Below, one piece after another: positions 17,578 to 23,599 of a stretch of 32,000 bases of DNA. How positions within the stretch are numbered: position 1 is the first letter of the stretch; each line of letters begins with the position of its first letter. Origin of the DNA: Kiritimatiella glycovorans (GTDB lineage Bacteria > Verrucomicrobiota > Kiritimatiellia > Kiritimatiellales > Kiritimatiellaceae); the NCBI RefSeq assembly GCF_001017655.1, contig NZ_CP010904.1:510001-542000 (forward strand). Direction: 5' to 3'. The notes beneath the pieces were generated by a model. That model saw only the letters and a list, made by a program, of their open reading frames with translations, had not been told where the DNA came from and did not search any database. Position numbers and translations under genes: made by a program.

Positions 17578-17743
17578 AGCTCGCGTACCGGATGGCCCGG
17601 TCCCGATGAACACTCCGCTGAGAACGAGTACGTTGTGACGCGAGCGAATTTCTAATCCGGCCAACTGCGATTTAAGTCGTTCCACAAAAATCTGCGCGGA
17701 ACCAGAATAATACCCAATCCCCTCCCTTGATCGCGTCCGCTGG

Positions 17744-17757
17744 TGAGCATATGCTCA
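17744..17757. promoter_or_regulatory. perfect 14-bp palindrome, candidate operator upstream of the NifX-like gene
   Basis: TGAGCATATGCTCA is its own reverse complement and lies 91 nt upstream of ATG 17848. A second palindromic hairpin, GGCGGAGC-GT-GCTCCGCC, sits at 17811-17828 just before the RBS. Confidence 0.4.
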
Positions 17758-17847
17758 TACGGCAATAGATTGGGACCGCGGGCACGCGCCCGAAGCGATC
17801 AGACATATCCGGCGGAGCGTGCTCCGCCTTCCGGAGGGAGAGAAACA

Positions 17848-18177
17848 ATGCATATTGCCATACCCGTAGCGGGCGGAGAGGTCTCCGCTCATTTCGGCCA
17901 CTGTGACGCATTCCGGATCTTCGAGACCGAGGACGGCGCCATCCGCGCGCAGCGGGACGTCACGCCGCCCGGCCACGCGCCGGGCGTGCTGCCCGCGTTT
18001 CTGAAAGAGCAGGGCGTGGATGTGGTGCTGGCCGGCGGAATGGGCGGTCGCGCCAAGGGACTGTTCGCGGAGGCGGGCATTCAAACCGTCACGGGCGTGA
18101 CCGGTGAGCCGCAGGCGGCCGTGCGGGCCTTTATTGAAGACCGACTCGAACCCGGGGAAGATACCTGCGCGCATTGA
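17848..18177 (+). CDS. NifX/NifB-type (dinitrogenase FeMo-cofactor biosynthesis domain) small protein
   Basis: MHIAIPVAGGEVSAHFGHCDAFRIFE...VDVVLAGGMGGRAKGLFAEAGIQ fits the NifB/NifX-associated small-protein family. GGAGGGAG RBS upstream. Confidence 0.75.
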   Translation: MHIAIPVAGGEVSAHFGHCDAFRIFETEDGAIRAQRDVTPPGHAPGVLPAFLKEQGVDVVLAGGMGGRAKGLFAEAGIQTVTGVTGEPQAAVRAFIEDRLEPGEDTCAH

Positions 18178-18303
18178 ACTTCACGCACCCCGGCGAAAAG
18201 TCCTCTGTCGATACCGCCGTCCTCTGCTCGCGTTCTCTGCCGCCGGCGCCTGAACGCCGCGCTTCCTGCGCTTGTCAATCCAGATGCAGGTGCACGTGCG
18301 CCC

Positions 18304-18355
18304 TTGGTTACGATCACGTTTTTTATTGGTTACAGGGGTGCTTAACGCGTAGATT
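18304..18355 (+). promoter_or_regulatory. direct repeat TTGGTTAC x2 and possible promoter upstream of the ExbB-like gene
   Basis: TTGGTTAC occurs at 18304-18311 and 18326-18333, 22 bp apart. TTGGTT (18326-18331), an 18-nt spacer, then TAGATT (18350-18355), 43 nt before ATG 18398. Confidence 0.3.
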
Positions 18356-18397
18356 TCCCTGTTTTCGCGCATAGAGGGATAAGCCACGGAGGGCGCT

Positions 18398-18907
18398 ATG
18401 AGACCCTTGCACTGGTCGTTTGTGATTCTCGGACTGATTGTCATCGCGATTTTTCTGATCCCCGCAATATGGGGGCCGCAGCAGGGACTGAGGGAAGCCG
18501 GGGAGATACCCGTGATGGATTCGAACGTATTGAAGGAGATGGCGCAGGAAGGCGAGATCATGGGCGTGGCCCTCTCGTGGGCCGTGGTCGGTTTCGCGGT
18601 CCTGCTGCAGCTCATCGCGTGGGGGTCGGCGGTGACCCACTTCCGCAAGGTGAAGAAATCCGGGGCGGAGGTCGATGAACAGCTCGAGCAGCTCGACGCA
18701 ATCGACGTCTATTTCGACCTGCCGCTCTATTTCGGATTGCTGGGTACGGTGCTGGCCTTCGTGCTGGTGACCATTTTTCCCGATGCGGGCCTGATGTTCG
18801 CGTACGTCTCGACGGCCCTGGGGATCGTGGTAGCGGTGATCCTGCGGCTCTCCTATCTCACACCCTATCGCCAGGAACTGATCGCGCTGCACAAACGCCG
18901 CGGCTGA
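18398..18907 (+). CDS. small MotA/TolQ/ExbB-family proton-channel-like membrane protein (169 aa)
   Basis: Four hydrophobic segments. DLPLYFGLLGTVLAF and YVSTALGIVVAV resemble the two signature helices of ExbB/TolQ (PFVGLFGTVWGI ... EALLATAIGLVAAIP). GGAGGG RBS. Confidence 0.6.
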   Translation: MRPLHWSFVILGLIVIAIFLIPAIWGPQQGLREAGEIPVMDSNVLKEMAQEGEIMGVALSWAVVGFAVLLQLIAWGSAVTHFRKVKKSGAEVDEQLEQLDAIDVYFDLPLYFGLLGTVLAFVLVTIFPDAGLMFAYVSTALGIVVAVILRLSYLTPYRQELIALHKRRG

Positions 18908-18926
18908 GGCCGCCAGCGGGGGATTC

Positions 18927-20594
18927 ATGAGAAGATCCGTACTCATCGTGATGCTCGACGTCATGGTCCTTTCGGTCCTGTCGCTGACGCTCGGCAACGG
19001 CCATTCGCGCTTTCCGGTTCCCGTCTACCGCTGGTCGGAGCTGATCGAGCAGGGCGTGATCAAGGAACGCGAAATGGAGCGGCGCATCGCCGAACTCGAA
19101 CGTGAGATCCGCGCCCGCGAGGCGCGCATCGACGAAGTGGCCCGGGAGCGCGGCGCCACGGCCGAGGAACTGGCGCAGATGCAGAAGGAGCGCGCGCAAC
19201 TCAAGCAGCGGCTGGCGCAGATGCGCGAAGAGGCGACCGCGGCGCAGACGGCCGCCGAGGAGGCGCGCCGGCGCGCCGCGGCGGCGATGGAGGAGGCGGA
19301 GAAGCTGAGAAGCGCCCGCGAGGAGGCCCTCGCCGAGGCTGCATCGGCCGAGCAGCAGGCCGAATCCGCGCTGGCGGAGGCCGGGGCGAGCGCGGAGGCC
19401 CGCCGTGAAGCCGAACGTAAGGCCGTCGAGGCCCGGGAGCGGGCGGAGGCCGCGCGTCGCGAAGCGGGACGCTACGAGGAACAGTGGCAGGCGGCGCGCC
19501 GTGAAGCCGAGCGGGTGGCGGCGCGCGTGGAAGAGGCGCGCCGACGGGCCGAAGAGGCCGCCGAGGCAAAACGCGAGATGCAGGTTCGCCTTGAAGTGGC
19601 GCAGCATAAGGCGGATAAGGCCGAGCAGGAGGCCGCCCGGATTCGAAGCAAACTCGAGGAGGCCCTCACGCGGATCGAGCAGGCCCGTGTGGAAGAGGGC
19701 GAGGCGAAGGAGCGTGCCCGGCAGGAGGAGGCGCGACGCAAAGAGGTGGCCGAACGCGTCGACCTGCTCGAGAGTCAGCTCAAGGATGCCGAGACGCGCC
19801 GACACCAGCTCCAGGCCGATCTTCAGCAGCGCGAGGAAGAGGCTTACCGGGCCAAGCAGAAACTGGCGGAGATCGAGGAGGAGCGCCAGCAGTCGGTGTG
19901 GGTCGTCCGAGACCGGGCGATGCGCCGTTTCCGCGTCTTCATCAAGCTGGGGGGGCGCTCGTTCCTCGGTCATACCCGGAAAAGCTCGCTCTATCTTCCC
20001 CTGCTGAGAATGGGCGAAAACCTCTACGCCGTATCCACGTTCGGGGCCTGGGAACTCGACTGGTGGGCGATCCACTACGACGGACACGTCTCGGCGATGA
20101 GCTTCATGATGGACGACATCACGACGGGATCGTTCCCATACGAGATCCAGGAGTCGTTCATGGCGCCGAAGAACGAACCCCGCGTCTGTATGGTCGCGGT
20201 GGATAAGGGCGACCCCGAGGTGGGCCTCAGGCCGATCGGCATCGAAAAGATGAAGACGGACCGCGTGCGATCGGGCATCCTCTTCAAAAAGGACGCCCCC
20301 GATAAGAGCATGCAGGTGGATTTCACGCCCGCCGTGGACGGCTCGCCGTACCTGCAGGTCCATAAGCCCGAGCCGCACCAGGAGATGATCATCGAGGCCG
20401 GCGATTACATCCTCACCGAGAACGGTTTTTTCGTCGGCGTCATGGTCTCCCGAGATTCGTGCTACGTGGTACCGGGGGAGCTGCCCCCGCCCGATGCCGC
20501 CGTCGAGATTCCGCTCACAAAACCCAGCGACGCGGAATTCTACGAGGCATTTGCCGAATCCGCCGGCAAGGTGCGGTCCATGATCCGGGAGTGA
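18927..20594 (+). CDS. ExbD/TolR-like TM anchor fused to a long coiled coil and an unassigned C-terminal domain (555 aa)
   Basis: The N-terminus MRRSVLIVMLDVMVLSVLSL resembles the ExbD/TolR TM helix with its embedded Asp. Roughly nt 19060-19890 encode continuous A/E/R/K-rich heptad-like sequence. The last ~220 aa are beta-rich with no motif I recognise. That it codes is secure; the function is not. Confidence 0.6.
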   Translation: MRRSVLIVMLDVMVLSVLSLTLGNGHSRFPVPVYRWSELIEQGVIKEREMERRIAELEREIRAREARIDEVARERGATAEELAQMQKERAQLKQRLAQMREEATAAQTAAEEARRRAAAAMEEAEKLRSAREEALAEAASAEQQAESALAEAGASAEARREAERKAVEARERAEAARREAGRYEEQWQAARREAERVAARVEEARRRAEEAAEAKREMQVRLEVAQHKADKAEQEAARIRSKLEEALTRIEQARVEEGEAKERARQEEARRKEVAERVDLLESQLKDAETRRHQLQADLQQREEEAYRAKQKLAEIEEERQQSVWVVRDRAMRRFRVFIKLGGRSFLGHTRKSSLYLPLLRMGENLYAVSTFGAWELDWWAIHYDGHVSAMSFMMDDITTGSFPYEIQESFMAPKNEPRVCMVAVDKGDPEVGLRPIGIEKMKTDRVRSGILFKKDAPDKSMQVDFTPAVDGSPYLQVHKPEPHQEMIIEAGDYILTENGFFVGVMVSRDSCYVVPGELPPPDAAVEIPLTKPSDAEFYEAFAESAGKVRSMIRE

Positions 20595-20655
20595 TCCCGG
20601 CGCGCGGGATGCGCTACCAGGCCTTTTTGCAGTAGATGAGAGGGGTCCCGGCTGC

Positions 20656-21072
20656 TTAAGAGCGGCTGGTGTCCAGGGATTCCAGAAACTCTTTCGGAGT
20701 GAGGATGCGGCATCCGGCGGCTGCAGAACGGGGAAAGTGTTTCAGATTGCCGGTGATCAGCGGCACTTCCGAAGTGAGCGCTGATTCGAGAAAGGGTGCG
20801 TCCAGGGGGTCGGGAAGCCCGGTGCAGCGGGAGGTGGCGATGATGCATTCGGTGTTGTGCCTCAGGTAATCGACCAACTGCTCGCGTTCCACGGGATGAA
20901 AATACTGGGCGAAATAAGGGCGGCGCAGCACGCGAGCGTACTCCGTGAAAATCCGATCGTCGATCACCGCCGTCAACGAGCCGGTCCTGAGCATATCGAC
21001 GATGCGGCCCGGTGTCCCATCGGGATTGATCATTCCCGAGATGAGGACATTGGTGTCGATAACGGCTCTCAT
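20656..21072 (-). CDS. PIN-domain toxin (type II TA)
   Basis: MRAVIDTNVLISG (acidic residue in the first strand) and LITGNLKHFP near the C-terminus, as in the TIGR00305-type PIN toxins. The start overlaps the antitoxin stop (ATGA). Confidence 0.85.
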   Translation of the reverse strand: MRAVIDTNVLISGMINPDGTPGRIVDMLRTGSLTAVIDDRIFTEYARVLRRPYFAQYFHPVEREQLVDYLRHNTECIIATSRCTGLPDPLDAPFLESALTSEVPLITGNLKHFPRSAAAGCRILTPKEFLESLDTSRS

Positions 21073-21338
21073 GGTTCACGTCGCGCCGATTCAATTTCAG
21101 TTTGTATCTCATCGACGGATACGGGGTTTTTCGCGGAGCGGCGGCGTGCCTGCCGCACGGCTGAAGAGAACAATGCTCGACGGATTTCGGAGAGGGATTC
21201 TTCAATGGAATCCGGCTCGATGCCGAACATCACAGCGAAGGGGCGCCCGTCCCGGGTGAGTACCAGTTCTCCCTCCCGTTCAAGTGTTTCGCGCACAACC
21301 CGAGTTTTTTTCAGGTCCTTGACTGCCATATAGGACAT
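21069..21338 (-). CDS. antitoxin (Phd/YefM-like, 89 aa)
   Basis: MSYMAVKDLKKTRVVRETLEREGELVLTRDGRPFAVMFGIE is a typical antitoxin N-terminus. AGGAGG lies 5 nt upstream of ATG 21338. The 4-nt overlap with the PIN gene fits a TA operon. Confidence 0.72.
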   Translation of the reverse strand: MSYMAVKDLKKTRVVRETLEREGELVLTRDGRPFAVMFGIEPDSIEESLSEIRRALFSSAVRQARRRSAKNPVSVDEIQTEIESARREP

Positions 21339-21344
21339 AATAAC

Positions 21345-21363
21345 CTCCTGATTATCTCCTGAT
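21345..21363 (-). promoter_or_regulatory. 8-bp direct repeat pair overlapping the antitoxin RBS (candidate autoregulatory operator)
   Basis: On the minus strand, ATCAGGAG-ATA-ATCAGGAG, with the two copies 11 bp apart. Confidence 0.3.
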
Positions 21364-21460
21364 AAAGAAGTAATGTTTGGGAGGGTGGAAGTCAAGCGTC
21401 CCGTGAGGTTATTCGTGGTGGTTTCCGGTTCCCGAGCGGAGGCCCGCCGTGGATTACGCG

Positions 21461-23008
21461 CTATTCGCCGGAAGGAAACTCGACCTGGTCGGCGACGTAG
21501 GCTTCGAGTTCGGCGACGGGGATCCGGATCTGTTTCATGCTGTCGCGGTCGCGCACGGTGACGGTGTCGTCGTCGAGCGTGTCAAAATCGACGGTCACGC
21601 ACAGCGGCGTGCCGATCTCGTCCTGGCGGCGGTAGCGCCGTCCGATCGCCCCGGTTTCATCGTAAAACGACATCCAGCGCCGCGAGAGCGCTCCGTAGAT
21701 CGCGCGCGCCTTGTCCACCAGCGGCTCCTTGTTCTTGAGCAGCGGGAAGACGGCGACCTTGTACGGCGCGACGCACGGGGCGACGCGCATGACGGTGCGC
21801 TGTTCGAAGCCCTCCGGCGGGCGCTTCTGATCCGGGTCGGCCGTGACGGCCTCGCCGCCGTCTTTCGGGATCCACTCCATCCGGTACGCCTCGCAGAGCA
21901 GCGCGAGGGCGATGCGGTCGACCCCGGCCGAGGGTTCGATCACATGCGGGAGAAAGCGTTCGTTGTTCTCCTGATCAAAGTACTCCATCGACTTGCCGCT
22001 GAAGGTCTGGTGCTGCTTCAGGTCGTAGTCGCCGCGCGCGGCGATCCCCTCTAGCTCCTGCGTGCCGAAGGGGAAGTCGAAGACGATGTCGGTGCAGGCC
22101 GAGGCATAGTGCGCCAGTTCGTCCTCGCCGTGGATCTCGCGGTGCATGCGGCCCTCGGGCAGGCCGACCGTCCCGTACCAGCGGATTCGCTCCTCCACCC
22201 AGTAGTCGTGCCACGACGCGTCCTCGCCGGGGCGGATAAAGAACTCCAGTTCCATCTGCTCGAATTCACGCGAGCGGAACGTGTAGTTACGCGGGGTGAT
22301 CTCGTTGCGGAACGCCTTGCCGATCTGCGCGATGCCGAAGGGCAGTTTCTGGCGCGAGACCGAGGTCACATTGGCGAACTGCGAGAAGATCCCCTGCGCG
22401 GTCTCGGGCCGCAGGTAGGCCACCGCGGAGTGGTCTTCCACCGGTCCCACGTAGGTCTTGAACATCAGGTTGAACGCGCGCGGTTCGGTCAGGGTGCCCG
22501 GCGTACGCGTGTCGGGGCCGACGATGCGCGGATAGTCCTCCAGCGCGATCTCCGGCAGAGGCAGATCCTCGTAGTTCGAGGCGTCCCCGGAGCCGAGTTT
22601 CCTGATCTTCTTTTCCGCCGGCCCGCGGTCGTTCTCCATGAACGCGAAGATCAGCCCCTCGCCATCGTCCTTCGGCCGGAGCACGCGGACCTGGTCGGCG
22701 CGGTAGCGGGCCTTGGTCTCGCGGCAGTCGCACATCGGGTCCTTGAAATTGTTCGTGTGCCCCGAAGCCTCCCACGTGCGCGGATGCATGATGATCGAGC
22801 TGTCCAGGCCGACGATATCGTCGCGGCACTGGGTCATGGCGCGCCACCAGGCGCTTTTGATGTTACGCTTGAGCTGCACGCCGAGCGGGCCGTAGTCCCA
22901 GAATCCGTTCAGCCCGCCGTAGATCTCGGAGGTCTGGAAAATGAAGCCGCGCCGTTTGCACAGCGATACGAGATCGTCCATCCGTACTTTGAAGTCATTG
23001 GGTTTCAT
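21461..23008 (-). CDS. glyQS: glycine--tRNA ligase (dimeric GlyQS type)
   Basis: MKPNDFKVRMDDLVSLCKRRGFIFQTSEIYGGLNGFWDYGPLGVQLKRNIKSAWW is the canonical GlyRS N-terminus, and class II motifs run throughout. ATG 23008 was chosen; the ORF-track extension to 23266 has no homology. Confidence 0.92.
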   Translation of the reverse strand: MKPNDFKVRMDDLVSLCKRRGFIFQTSEIYGGLNGFWDYGPLGVQLKRNIKSAWWRAMTQCRDDIVGLDSSIIMHPRTWEASGHTNNFKDPMCDCRETKARYRADQVRVLRPKDDGEGLIFAFMENDRGPAEKKIRKLGSGDASNYEDLPLPEIALEDYPRIVGPDTRTPGTLTEPRAFNLMFKTYVGPVEDHSAVAYLRPETAQGIFSQFANVTSVSRQKLPFGIAQIGKAFRNEITPRNYTFRSREFEQMELEFFIRPGEDASWHDYWVEERIRWYGTVGLPEGRMHREIHGEDELAHYASACTDIVFDFPFGTQELEGIAARGDYDLKQHQTFSGKSMEYFDQENNERFLPHVIEPSAGVDRIALALLCEAYRMEWIPKDGGEAVTADPDQKRPPEGFEQRTVMRVAPCVAPYKVAVFPLLKNKEPLVDKARAIYGALSRRWMSFYDETGAIGRRYRRQDEIGTPLCVTVDFDTLDDDTVTVRDRDSMKQIRIPVAELEAYVADQVEFPSGE

Positions 23009-23294
23009 AGGACGGTCGATGGTGCCGGAGAGGGCGGGCGAGGTCAAGCCGGAGGAAGCAGAGAGCTCCCCCTGAAAATGCGAAACGTGTCCCGATGGCG
23101 ACTCCGCCCGGCAATTCGGGTTGCAATAAACTGCGCCGAGGTTCGTTGTGCGCGGCATGACGATGCGTTTCGCGATGATCCTGTGGGTTTGTGTGACGTG
23201 CCCGGGACCGGCCGACGAGGTCCGGACGGTTCGGGTGGATGGGGTGGAGCGGCCGCAAATACGCAAGATGATCAGGCTGGCGACGCGGAGGGTG

Positions 23295-23599
23295 CTCTTG
23301 CTTGCTCGGATCTATGCGAACCGAATCGTCAACGACAACCACTGGATCCAGTTGCACGTGGTGGCCGGCCAGCCTGCGCGACCGAGACCCTCTACGTTCC
23401 CGGAACACAAACCATCCTCGGCCACGACGAGGTCTGCACCGACTTCTGCTACCGCTCGAAGCGTTCCCCGGTTCTTCACTTCGGTCTTGGGACGACTGAT
23501 CGCATCGACGTTCTGGTCACCACGCGCACCGGGGCCGAACAGCGATTCCGGGGGGTTCCTGCAGACAAAAGCCACACCCTGGAGATCAGCACGCCATGA
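23295..23599 (+). pseudogene. remnant of the C-terminal UnbV/ASPIC domain of a CRTAC1/FG-GAP-type protein (5'-truncated and frameshifted)
   Basis: One frame reads ...RIYANRIVNDNHWIQLHVV. After a shift near 23360, another reads RPACATETLYVPGTQ...RSPVLHFGLGTTDRIDVLV...GVPADKSHTLEIS. This matches the NHW...HFGLG...(V/I)D.(V/L).V...ADQ.L.I.E layout of UnbV_ASPIC C-termini, and the NHW-to-HFGLG spacing (~45 aa) is right. The WPSG motif is degraded. Confidence 0.5.

Noticed and set aside
20594-20610. Hairpin ATCCCG-GCGCG-CGGGAT right after the ExbD-like gene stop, as a possible terminator.
   Set aside because: The stem is only 6 bp and there is no adjacent T-tract; the nearest TTTTT is about 25 nt away. 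That is too weak to call.
23009-23294. ORF 23148-23699 (+) N-terminal part, MRGMTMRFAMILWVCVTCPG..., as a small exported protein.
   Set aside because: It has a GTG start with no RBS and no family motif. It merges into the frameshifted UnbV/ASPIC remnant, so it is more likely non-coding DNA carrying the glyQS promoter.
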